Virus record (IMG/VR): IMGVR_UViG_3300033149_004104
Location: 1 to 64,000 of that record
Length of the DNA stretch: 64,000 bases
Origin: an uncultured virus (IMG/VR IMGVR_UViG_3300033149_004104)
Taxonomy: Duplodnaviria > Heunggongvirae > Uroviricota > Caudoviricetes
Strand: one strand, 5' to 3'
The notes beneath the pieces were generated by a model. That model made no database searches and was not told the DNA's origin. It saw only the letters and a list, made by a program, of their open reading frames with translations. The position numbers and the translations under genes were made by a program. Below, in pieces: positions 1 through 9,006 of the stretch; position 1 is the first letter of the stretch; each line of letters opens with the position of its first letter.

Positions 1-204
1 TGTGAAAGGCTGGATACAATTGAGGGATCGTTTTTATTATCCTGTTATGAAAGAAGTGCATTTAAAATTCCTGACAGCTGGGAAAAGTATCAGATAAAAA
101 CAGTTAAATCGGCGTCACCAAATAAACATAAATGTAAAAGTATAGAAACTGTATATAGAAAAGTAAGTAAGAAGGTGATGGAGCAGGGGTTATTGTTTAC
201 ATAA
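1..204 (+). CDS. C-terminal end of a Dam-like (D12 class) DNA adenine methyltransferase, copy 1 (5' partial)
   Basis: Frame 1 reads CERLDTIEGSFLLSCYERSAFKIPDSWEKYQIKTVKS...TVYRKV to TAA at 202-204, matching the C-terminus of 967..1764. Confidence 0.8.
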   Translation, partial: CERLDTIEGSFLLSCYERSAFKIPDSWEKYQIKTVKSASPNKHKCKSIETVYRKVSKKVMEQGLLFT

Positions 205-226
205 ATTAATAGAGAGAAGGCGGTAG

Positions 227-898
227 ATGAATAATAAAATACCTTTGAGTTATTATGGTGGGAAGTATAAAATATCTAAGAAACTAATTAAATTATTTCC
301 TCCTCATATAACTTATTGTGAGCCTTTTTGTGGCGGCGCTTCTGTTTTCTGGAATAAATCAAAAAGTAAAATTGAGGTGCTTAACGATCATGATGAACGT
401 CTGATAATTTTTTATAGATGTCTACAAGAAGGTTCTGAGGAGTTTTTAAGAAAAATTGAATATACTCCTTATAGTGAATCTGAACATAAAAAAGCGAATC
501 AAATTTTAAAGAATCATAAACAATATACGCAAGTAGATGTGGCTTGGGCTGTTTTTGTAGGTATAAATCAAAGTTTCTCAGGTTTAGCAGGAGGGACATG
601 GGGGAGAAGGATGAAAAGTGAATGTGGTACGTTAAATTTCTTAAATAAAAAAAAGGTATTACAACAGTTTTTTAAAAGATTAGAAAAAGTTTATATTAGT
701 TGTTGTGATGCTATCAAATGCTTGGATTATTGGGACTCTGAGGATACACTTTTTTATCTAGACCCGCCTTATCCGGAAGCGGATCAAGGTCATTATTCTG
801 GATATACTGTAGAAGATTTTAATAGACTGTGTGAAAGGCTGGATACAATTGAGGGATCGTTTTTATTATCCTGTTATGAAAGAAGTGCATTTAAATAG
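227..898 (+). CDS. Dam-like N6-adenine methyltransferase, copy 2, C-terminally truncated by an 89-nt deletion (possible pseudogene)
   Basis: YYGGK, EPFCGGASV and LDPPY motifs; lacks the terminal ~45 aa present in copies 1 and 3. Confidence 0.85.
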   Translation: MNNKIPLSYYGGKYKISKKLIKLFPPHITYCEPFCGGASVFWNKSKSKIEVLNDHDERLIIFYRCLQEGSEEFLRKIEYTPYSESEHKKANQILKNHKQYTQVDVAWAVFVGINQSFSGLAGGTWGRRMKSECGTLNFLNKKKVLQQFFKRLEKVYISCCDAIKCLDYWDSEDTLFYLDPPYPEADQGHYSGYTVEDFNRLCERLDTIEGSFLLSCYERSAFK

Positions 899-966
899 AA
901 AAGTAAGTAAGAAGGTGATGGAGCAGGGGTTATTGTTTACATAAATCAGTAAAAAAGGGATAATAA

Positions 967-1764
967 GTGGATAATAAAATACCTTTGAGTTATTATGGTG
1001 GGAAGTATAAAATATCTAAGAAACTAATTGAATTATTCCCCCCTCATACAACTTATTGTGAGCCTTTTTGTGGCGGAGCTTCTGTTTTCTGGAATAAACC
1101 AAAAAGTAAAATTGAGGCGCTTAATGATCATGATGAACGTCTGATAATTTTTTATAGATGTTTACAAGGGGGTTCTGAGGAGTTTTTAAGAAAAATTGAA
1201 TATACCCCTTATAGTGAAGTCGAATATAGAAAAGCAAATCAAATTTTAAAGAATCATAAACAACACACACAAGTAGATGTTGCGTGGGCTATTTTTGTAA
1301 GCATGAATCAAGGTTTTTCAGGTATAGCAGGAGGGGGATGGGGCAGAAGCAAAAAAGATGAACGTAATGCATTAAATTTCTTAAACAAGAAAAAAATGTT
1401 GCAACAATTTATTAAAAGATTAGAAAAAGTTTATATTAGTTGTAGTGATGTAATTCAGTGTATAGATTATTGGGACTTTGAGGATACACTTTTTTATCTA
1501 GACCCGCCTTATCCCGAGACTGATCAAGGTCATTATTCTGGATATTTAATGCAGGATTTTAATATATTGTGTGAGAAGTTGAATACTATTAAAGGTTCTT
1601 TTTTATTATCCTGTTATGAAAAAGCAGCGATGAAAGTTCCTGATAATTGGGAGAAATATCAGATAAAAACAGTTAAATCGGTGGGGCCAAACAGATGTAA
1701 AAGTATAGAGACTGTATATAGAAAAGTAAATGAAAAGATGAAAAGACAAATTTTCTTTATATAG
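967..1764 (+). CDS. Dam-like N6-adenine methyltransferase, copy 3 (full length)
   Basis: YYGGK, EPFCGGAS and LDPPY motifs. Confidence 0.9.
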   Translation: MDNKIPLSYYGGKYKISKKLIELFPPHTTYCEPFCGGASVFWNKPKSKIEALNDHDERLIIFYRCLQGGSEEFLRKIEYTPYSEVEYRKANQILKNHKQHTQVDVAWAIFVSMNQGFSGIAGGGWGRSKKDERNALNFLNKKKMLQQFIKRLEKVYISCSDVIQCIDYWDFEDTLFYLDPPYPETDQGHYSGYLMQDFNILCEKLNTIKGSFLLSCYEKAAMKVPDNWEKYQIKTVKSVGPNRCKSIETVYRKVNEKMKRQIFFI

Positions 1765-1790
1765 AAACAACAATAGATAGGAGGGAAAAC

Positions 1791-2777
1791 ATGTTTAAAA
1801 AATGGAAAGATATTGAAAATAGTTGTAAAGAGAAAATGATTAAAAAATTTTTTAATACGTATACTTTTGAAGATGAAATTTTTCAAGTGACAGAAAAAAT
1901 TCATGGTAGTAATCTGTCAATTATCTTTTACCCTGACGGGCATAGAGAATATGCTAGACGTAGCGGAGTATTAAAAGATGAAAACTTTTATAATTATAAA
2001 GAAGCCTTTAAAAAAGAAAACAATCCTGACCTTTATATTTTTCTTAATGCGATTCAACAATTTGCAATAAAAAATGGACAGATAATACAACTTATAGGAG
2101 AGCTTTTTGGTAAAGGAGTACAAAAGGGAATTTATTATGGAGAGGGAATTTATTGGCGCTGGTTCGGTACATACGCAAACGAAGAATTTCTAGCAGTAGA
2201 AGATGAGGAGCTTTTGTTGAGTAAAATCGAGGATTTAGGATTTGATGTGTATCCGGATAAAATTAGAGTGCCGCTTCTCTGTTTATTTTCTAATATAAGT
2301 TCAGCTAAAGATTTTATAGATCAAGTAAAACAAATAGACTTGGAGAAAGATAGTTTATTAACTCCTCCAGGATATAACAAAAAGAACATAGCTGAAGGTG
2401 TTGTTATACGACCTTATAATCGAAATTATGCGATTAATCATCAATGGTTTCTTTTTAAATATAAGCATCCAAAATTTGAGGAAATTATAATGGGAAAAAA
2501 TAAAGCAAAGAAGCCTAAAGTTAAGGTTTCAGAGAAAGTACAGAATATAGCTCAAGAAATGTGTAGATATGTAAATGAGAACAGGACAGAGAGCCTCTTT
2601 TCAAAAGAAGGAGAAATACAAGATGAAAAACAGATAGGAGAATATATCAAATTATATTTAGAAGATATATATAAAGATTGCCTTTTAGATTTAAAAGATT
2701 TAAAAAAAGAAGAAAAAAAGTATATTAATAAACAGATGACAAACTTGATAGTAAAGGAATTGAGAAGATGTTTATAG
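1791..2777 (+). CDS. RNA ligase, Rnl2 family
   Basis: Nucleotidyltransferase motifs TEKIHGSN (I), GELFG (III), EGVVIRP (IV), KYK (V). Confidence 0.85.
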   Translation: MFKKWKDIENSCKEKMIKKFFNTYTFEDEIFQVTEKIHGSNLSIIFYPDGHREYARRSGVLKDENFYNYKEAFKKENNPDLYIFLNAIQQFAIKNGQIIQLIGELFGKGVQKGIYYGEGIYWRWFGTYANEEFLAVEDEELLLSKIEDLGFDVYPDKIRVPLLCLFSNISSAKDFIDQVKQIDLEKDSLLTPPGYNKKNIAEGVVIRPYNRNYAINHQWFLFKYKHPKFEEIIMGKNKAKKPKVKVSEKVQNIAQEMCRYVNENRTESLFSKEGEIQDEKQIGEYIKLYLEDIYKDCLLDLKDLKKEEKKYINKQMTNLIVKELRRCL

Positions 2778-4804
2778 AAAATCTTACGATTGAGAACTAT
2801 GGCGCATTAAAAAATGCGATGTTAGAATTTCAAAAAGGATTCAATATTCTTAGTGGTTCTAATGGGGCAGGGAAGTCACATATTATTAGAGCATTAGCAT
2901 ATCTCATTCTTAATCACAATGAAGGTAAAATTGAAGATGATTTAAATTGGCATAGTAATTCTTTTACTATCCAGACTAAGATTAAATATGGTGGGAAAGA
3001 TTTTATAATTAAGAATCATTATGATGGAAAAAATGTATTGAAAGAGTTAATAATTTCCTCTAATGGAAATAAACAGCAGTACAGCGGAAATAAAGATGTA
3101 GTGGACGTACTTTCACAATATTTTGATCCTACTTATTCTAAACCGGCTCTTATAGCTTTTCAGGGTGAAATGGATGTAGTAACAGCAACTCCTGCTAAAA
3201 GACGAGAGAGTTTAAAAAATATTTACGATTTGAATTTTCAAAAAGAAATTCAGCAATTAGAAGATGAAAAAACGTCATTAGAATTAAAAGTACAGGAATT
3301 GGAAAAGCAGATAGCAATTCTTGAAAGTAAAAGCTATAATTTATATAAAAAAGAAAGACTCCCTTTTAATGAGAATACATATAAAGAAAAAGAAACAGAT
3401 GTTAAAAAATTACAAAGTAAGAAACAATCTTTAGAAAATGAGATAAACGATTTTGAATCAAAATTACAAAATGTTAATCGATTTAAAAGTTTTTATGAAA
3501 GTAAAGAAAGAGAAATTAAAGAATTATTGGACAAGAAAGATATTTTGCAAAGTAAGATAAACGAATTAAAAAATGTTATAACTAATCCCAATTATAATGT
3601 AGTAGATAAATTAAAAAAACAAATAGATGATATTAAACTCGAAAGGATTAAAGAGGATTTCGATATAAATGTTCTTAATTCTAAAAAAGAAAAACTTTAT
3701 GAAGAAAAAAATGAGCTTAAGAATATAAAAAAGAATATAGAATTGGTGGAAATGGGTAAGTGCCCGACTTGTGGAGCGGATTTTTCTAATGTCGATATAA
3801 ATGATTATAAGAGACGTTATGAAGAAAAAGAAGAAATAGTAAGCGCCATTAATAAAGAAATAGAGGCTATTGAGAAAGATTATAAAACTTGGCAGGAGAA
3901 AAAGAAAAAAAACGATAGAAAGAAGGAATTAAAAAATAATTTAATTAATCAACTTAAATATGAAGAAAAGAAAATAGAAGATGTTATTAACAGTAGTAAA
4001 GAAAGTTTAGAAGAAAGAAGTAATGAATTAGTTAATGTTAATAAAAAAATAGAAGATTATGCCGAGGAAAAGGAAGTTTTAAAAAAAGATTTACAAAAGG
4101 AGCTTGATCAACTACCAGATGAAGCAGATATAGAATCTAAGAATAAGCAAATTGAGGATATAAAAAACAAAATTGATTTAATAAGCCGGGAAATTGAAGA
4201 ATATAGAACAGTTCTTAATAAGAATAAATGGATAGAGGAAGAAAATAAAAAGATACTGAAACAAAAAGATGAGGATGAAAAATTAAAGCAAAAGATTAAT
4301 AAAGATCATGATCATTTATTGAAAGAAGTAAACGAATATAAAAAATCTGTAGATATTCTAAAAAAGGATTTTCCTAATTATATAATAAACGAACTTAAAA
4401 GCGATATAGAAACAGGAATGAATGAAATACTGGATAAAGCATATAACGGAAGATATCATGTACAAATAAAAGAAAATCGCAGTGGACTTTCTATTGTATA
4501 TGGAAACGATAAAGAAATAAAACTTGCAAGCGGAGCAGAAAAAAATTTATTTACCATAGGATTTAAGAATGCATTTACGAGGCTGGCAGGATTAAAGGTA
4601 CTTTTGTTGGATGAATGCGATAACTTCATGGATGAAGATATAGCGAAAAAGACCTTTGATGTTCTTCAGAATCTTATAGAACAAGAAGCACTTAATCAGG
4701 TTATTCTTATTACTCATAAGCAGAGTGTTAAAGAATTACTGGAGGGTGATTATAGAGCTAGAGTTTTTGAAGTAAAAAATGGTGGGGCATTTTTACTTGA
4801 ATGA
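2768..4804 (+). CDS. sbcC: SbcC/Rad50-like (gp46-like) ATPase
   Basis: Walker A GSNGAGKS, Q-loop, long coiled coil with CPTCG zinc hook, ASGAEK signature, LLLDE Walker B, ITH. Confidence 0.92.
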   Translation: MFIENLTIENYGALKNAMLEFQKGFNILSGSNGAGKSHIIRALAYLILNHNEGKIEDDLNWHSNSFTIQTKIKYGGKDFIIKNHYDGKNVLKELIISSNGNKQQYSGNKDVVDVLSQYFDPTYSKPALIAFQGEMDVVTATPAKRRESLKNIYDLNFQKEIQQLEDEKTSLELKVQELEKQIAILESKSYNLYKKERLPFNENTYKEKETDVKKLQSKKQSLENEINDFESKLQNVNRFKSFYESKEREIKELLDKKDILQSKINELKNVITNPNYNVVDKLKKQIDDIKLERIKEDFDINVLNSKKEKLYEEKNELKNIKKNIELVEMGKCPTCGADFSNVDINDYKRRYEEKEEIVSAINKEIEAIEKDYKTWQEKKKKNDRKKELKNNLINQLKYEEKKIEDVINSSKESLEERSNELVNVNKKIEDYAEEKEVLKKDLQKELDQLPDEADIESKNKQIEDIKNKIDLISREIEEYRTVLNKNKWIEEENKKILKQKDEDEKLKQKINKDHDHLLKEVNEYKKSVDILKKDFPNYIINELKSDIETGMNEILDKAYNGRYHVQIKENRSGLSIVYGNDKEIKLASGAEKNLFTIGFKNAFTRLAGLKVLLLDECDNFMDEDIAKKTFDVLQNLIEQEALNQVILITHKQSVKELLEGDYRARVFEVKNGGAFLLE

Positions 4805-4940
4805 CAAATTTTTAAAATAACGATTCCGATAATACTCTTATGCTATATAGTGAATTTTTTAAAAAAAGTATATTTTTTTATTAAAAATTTGGATAAAGAA
4901 ATATATATTAGACATATAAACGAATAAATTAAAGGAAGAA

Positions 4941-5864
4941 ATGGTGAATATTAAAAAGCAAAAGTTGATAATGTTGAAAGGGCTCCCCGCATCTGGAAAA
5001 ACTACTTGGGCAAAGGAACAAATTTTAAAAGCCAATGGATCAATAAAAAGAGTTAATAAAGACGATTTAAGAAAGATGATCGATATATCTCAATGGAGTA
5101 AAGAAAAAGAATTACATATCCTAAGGATTAGAGACACGATTATATATTATTACCTCAGTAACGGGTATTCAGTAATTGTAGATGATACAAATTTGAATCC
5201 ATATCATGAACAACGACTCAGACGAATTGTAAGCGAGTATAATAGTAATGTCAGAGAGCATTCTGTTGAGTTTGAAGTTAATGATTCTTTCTGTGATGTT
5301 GATTATCGAGAATGTATTAAAAGAGATTTGATAAGAGGAAAAGAAGCGGTGGGAGAAAAGGTTATCATTAATATGTATAGAAAATATTTACATAAGGCAC
5401 CCGTTCTTATTCCTTATAAAGTTGAATTACCCGACTGTATTTTAGTGGATGTTGATTGGACTCTTGCTATTCATGAATACCGTGATCCTTTTGATTATTA
5501 TAAATGCACAGAAGATAAATTAAATACACCAATTGCATCTTTAATAAACGATATTCAAAATCGACATTCACTATCGTATACAATGATTGTAACAGGTAGA
5601 GAGAATATAAAGTATGAATCGGGAGTAACAGTTTGGGATTTAACAAGTGAATGGCTTAATAAAAATCATATTCGTTATGATAGAATTTTTATTAGAGAAG
5701 AAGGAGATCATAGACCTGATTGGATGGTAAAAAAAGAAATGTTTGAAAAGCATATTAAGGATAAATATAACGTGTTATATGTTATAGACGACAGAAGGCA
5801 AACTATAGACATGTGGCGTAAAGAGGGATTGACAGTACTTGATGTAGCTGGTCACGATTTTTAA
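4941..5864 (+). CDS. pseT: Polynucleotide 5'-kinase / 3'-phosphatase (T4 PseT-like)
   Basis: N-terminal GLPASGKTT P-loop; C-terminal HAD motifs DVDWT, TGR, IDDR. Confidence 0.9.
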   Translation: MVNIKKQKLIMLKGLPASGKTTWAKEQILKANGSIKRVNKDDLRKMIDISQWSKEKELHILRIRDTIIYYYLSNGYSVIVDDTNLNPYHEQRLRRIVSEYNSNVREHSVEFEVNDSFCDVDYRECIKRDLIRGKEAVGEKVIINMYRKYLHKAPVLIPYKVELPDCILVDVDWTLAIHEYRDPFDYYKCTEDKLNTPIASLINDIQNRHSLSYTMIVTGRENIKYESGVTVWDLTSEWLNKNHIRYDRIFIREEGDHRPDWMVKKEMFEKHIKDKYNVLYVIDDRRQTIDMWRKEGLTVLDVAGHDF

Positions 5865-5877
5865 ATGAGGAAAAAAA

Positions 5878-7008
5878 ATGAATCTATATTTACAGAATTT
5901 TTTAATTGAGCATCCCAACGATTGGAAGGAAATATTAAAAGAAAAACCTTATGCATTTAAAGTTATAGAGAAAGACGATTTAGTATTATTTAAATATAAT
6001 CAGATAGACAGTGATTTTAATATTCCTTTAGTACAGGAGGCACGAGGAATTGTATTTGATAAAAGCGATTGGAGTGTTATTAAGCACCCTTTCCATAAAT
6101 TTTTTAACTATGGAGAATCTAACGCAGCCGTTATCGATTGGGGATCAGCTAGTATACAAGAAAAAATTGATGGCTCTCTTATCGCATGTTATTTTTATAA
6201 AAATGAATGGATGATATCGACTAACGGAACTATCGATGCACGAGATGCAAGTTTACAGTTTCCCGTTCAATTAAATAAAAAGAAAAAAATAAACTCATTT
6301 TACGATCTTGTAGTTTATACACTAGAACAAATGTTTGGACGTGATTATATTTTTGGAGTTTTCCAGAATATAGATAAAAAGTCAACGCATCTTTTTGAAA
6401 TAGCAACCCCAATTAATAGGATAGTTGTCCCCTATAAGGATTTTAAAATTTATTACTTATGTTCAAAGGTAAATAGTACAGGTATCGAATATTACAGTAA
6501 ACCATTACTTGATAGATTCCCAATTCCGAAAGTATATTCATTTAATTCATTGGAAGATTGTGTTAAAGCAGCTAAAGAATTACAATATGATAGTGAGGGC
6601 TATGTAATAGTGGATAAAAACTGGAATCGTATTAAAATTAAGAGTCCAGCATATATAGCTGCGCATCATTTAAGAGGTGAAGATGTCGTAACAGATAAAA
6701 AATTACTCAATCTTATTCTTGCTAATGAAGGGAATGAATTTCTTACGTATTTCCCCGAGTTTAAAGATGCCTATAATAATTTATATAATAGACTTTTACA
6801 GTTAAAAACAAGAATGGGGGCGGATGCAAAAAAGCTTGAAGAGATGCAGAAAGGGAATAAATCAAGAAAAGAAATAGCTTTATGGGCTAATAAAGAGTGC
6901 GTTATACCTGCGTTTATATTTCAATTGCTTGATAAGAAAATTGAAAACATTGATAATTTTATATATAATAAATGTAAAGTAGAAAAACTTTTAGAGTATA
7001 TAAAATAA
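5878..7008 (+). CDS. RNA ligase, T4 Rnl1 family
   Basis: KFFN, EKIDGSLI (motif I), EGYVIV and KIKS motifs; directly downstream of Pnk. Confidence 0.88.
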   Translation: MNLYLQNFLIEHPNDWKEILKEKPYAFKVIEKDDLVLFKYNQIDSDFNIPLVQEARGIVFDKSDWSVIKHPFHKFFNYGESNAAVIDWGSASIQEKIDGSLIACYFYKNEWMISTNGTIDARDASLQFPVQLNKKKKINSFYDLVVYTLEQMFGRDYIFGVFQNIDKKSTHLFEIATPINRIVVPYKDFKIYYLCSKVNSTGIEYYSKPLLDRFPIPKVYSFNSLEDCVKAAKELQYDSEGYVIVDKNWNRIKIKSPAYIAAHHLRGEDVVTDKKLLNLILANEGNEFLTYFPEFKDAYNNLYNRLLQLKTRMGADAKKLEEMQKGNKSRKEIALWANKECVIPAFIFQLLDKKIENIDNFIYNKCKVEKLLEYIK

Positions 7009-7033
7009 TATCTTATAGAGGGGGGGATATAAG

Positions 7034-7730
7034 ATGAGAATATTTAATGACAGGGTATACGGATTAGAAACTTCTATTGTTGCTAGTGGATATCCGATGC
7101 GAGATGTAGTAAAAGAATTTACTCCTGTTCTTTTAGTTAAAGATTCTATAAGGGCTAGAAAACTTGGAAGATCTAAAAGTAATAGTGGGCATGACTGCTA
7201 TTTAAAAGGTATCGTAGTGCAAGCCGATATAGAGTTTCCTCTGTATTGGCTTAAACAGTTTCAGCGATATCATTTCGTTGATATAGTATCAAGTCAATCA
7301 ACAATGCATCGGATTCTTAGTATGAACATAAAAGAACATTGCAATAAGTGGGTAGATGAAGAAGTAATAGATATAGTGAACAAATGGATAACATTATACA
7401 ATGATTTTGATAATAAATTACAAGAAATTAATAATAATGAAAGATTAACATTTAAAGAAGCATCTAATATACGCCCTCAAGATAAAATTTATATAGAGGA
7501 CAAAAAAAAAGGGGGGGGGGGGGGATTGGTATTCTAAAGAAGATATTTATATGAAAATAATATCAAATTTGCCTAGCGGATTCCAGATGGTTATGCGTAT
7601 TACTACTAATTATTTACAATTAAAAACTATTTACCGGCAGAGAAAAAATCACAAATTACCAGAATGGCGTATATTCTGTGATTGGATTTTATCATTGCCG
7701 GAATTTAAAGAATTAACAGGAGTTCCTTGA
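7034..7730 (+). pseudogene. Conserved phage protein of possible ThyX-like fold, split by a frameshift at an A9G14 homopolymer
   Basis: First frame (7034-7537) has GHDCYLKGI..QFQRYHF..SSQSTMH; the +1 frame from 7524 continues ...LPSGFQMVMRITTNYLQLKTIYRQRKNHKLPEWRIFCDWILSLP to TGA at 7728-7730, overlapping the next ATG. Confidence 0.65.
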
Positions 7731-8287
7731 TGTGGATACATAAATTTGTTTGGTATAAAATAACTTGTATTTTTAAAGAAGTAAAATGGTTTTTTCAAAA
7801 GTTGCTTAGGGGGTATGATGATTTGTACTTGCGGAATTTTTATTCTTCTTTTGTAAAAGAAGTATATCCTAAATTTAAAGCCTTTGCAGAAATGGAAAAA
7901 CGGGGAATAGCAACATGTTATTTTGAAAATCCTAAAGAGACATGTCATGATGACGAGAGTTTTAAAATAGCTTTTAAAAATTATAATAGTGTATTGAAGA
8001 AAATACTATTTGCTTTTGAATGGGTATTATATGATAATGAGTTGTGTGATAAAAAATTTAAGAAATATTTTGAAGAGAAGTATGGTAATCCGTATGAAAA
8101 GATTGAATCAAATCGACATGAACCGTTAACATATACATTAATAAGTAATGATGGTACACGAAGGAAAGAGTATCTTTTTGATGATAAACCGTTTTATTAT
8201 AATAGAAAAATGATAAAAGATTTTAATGATAAAGCTGAAGAGGGATTTAAACTTTTTGGAGAATATTTATTTACCTTTTGGGATTAA
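7730..8287 (+). CDS. Hypothetical phage protein
   Basis: 185-codon ORF, start overlaps upstream stop (TGATG); ends GFKLFGEYLFTFWD. Confidence 0.7.
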   Translation: MWIHKFVWYKITCIFKEVKWFFQKLLRGYDDLYLRNFYSSFVKEVYPKFKAFAEMEKRGIATCYFENPKETCHDDESFKIAFKNYNSVLKKILFAFEWVLYDNELCDKKFKKYFEEKYGNPYEKIESNRHEPLTYTLISNDGTRRKEYLFDDKPFYYNRKMIKDFNDKAEEGFKLFGEYLFTFWD

Positions 8288-8311
8288 AAAATTTATAAAG
8301 GCGGTATACTG

Positions 8312-8704
8312 ATGAATCAAAAAAACAGTGTAAAATTATTTAAGAGATTTACATTTTTTCATCCTGAAAAGAGGTTGACTGAAAGTCTTATGGCATTTGG
8401 ATTTGAATGTGGGGATGGGTGGTTTAATATTATTTGGAATTTATGTGAGAAAATAGAAGAGGAACTTAAGAATCATTCAAGATTAGATGATTTTGTAGTG
8501 TTGCAAGTAAAAGAAAAATTTGGCATGTTACGATTTTATACAAATTTTGAAATTGGAAAAATGAGGAAATATATTGAAGAAGCTGAAAAAGAATCTGCTA
8601 ATACATGTGAAATTTGTGGGAAAAAAGGAAAATTGAGAGATGATTTAGGCTGGATAGTTACGCTGTGCGATAAGCATTATAGTGAGAAATTAAACAAATG
8701 CTAA
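8312..8704 (+). CDS. Conserved hypothetical phage protein with C-terminal Cys cluster
   Basis: GDGWF, QVKEKFGMLRFY, CEICG...LCDKH. Confidence 0.7.
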   Translation: MNQKNSVKLFKRFTFFHPEKRLTESLMAFGFECGDGWFNIIWNLCEKIEEELKNHSRLDDFVVLQVKEKFGMLRFYTNFEIGKMRKYIEEAEKESANTCEICGKKGKLRDDLGWIVTLCDKHYSEKLNKC

Positions 8705-8988
8705 GAATTGTGGTATATGTTAATAAAGATAAAATAGACGAAATACGAATTCGTAATACAATGATTAAGAATGATAAAGGCGAAAATAAGTACATTTTAA
8801 CTATGCCAAAAGGATACGGGAGTATTGAAGTATGGCATGATAGAATTAAGCCTTGGCATATACTTGTAGAAAAAGTGCTTTATGAATTGAATAAGACAAA
8901 TTATAATAATATTATAAATAGAACGGCAGATAAAATAATTCGATATGTCAGGTATCAAGAAAACAATAAAAAAAATAAAGGGAATTGA
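8698..8988 (+). CDS. Hypothetical protein
   Basis: 96-aa ORF overlapping the upstream stop. Confidence 0.55.
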   Translation: MLRIVVYVNKDKIDEIRIRNTMIKNDKGENKYILTMPKGYGSIEVWHDRIKPWHILVEKVLYELNKTNYNNIINRTADKIIRYVRYQENNKKNKGN

Positions 8989-8994
8989 TATATT

Positions 8995-9003
8995 TACTAA
9001 TAT
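8995..9003 (+). promoter_or_regulatory. Putative late promoter TACTAATAT upstream of the terminase
   Basis: The same 9-mer precedes most structural genes. Confidence 0.65.
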
Positions 9004-9006
9004 TTT

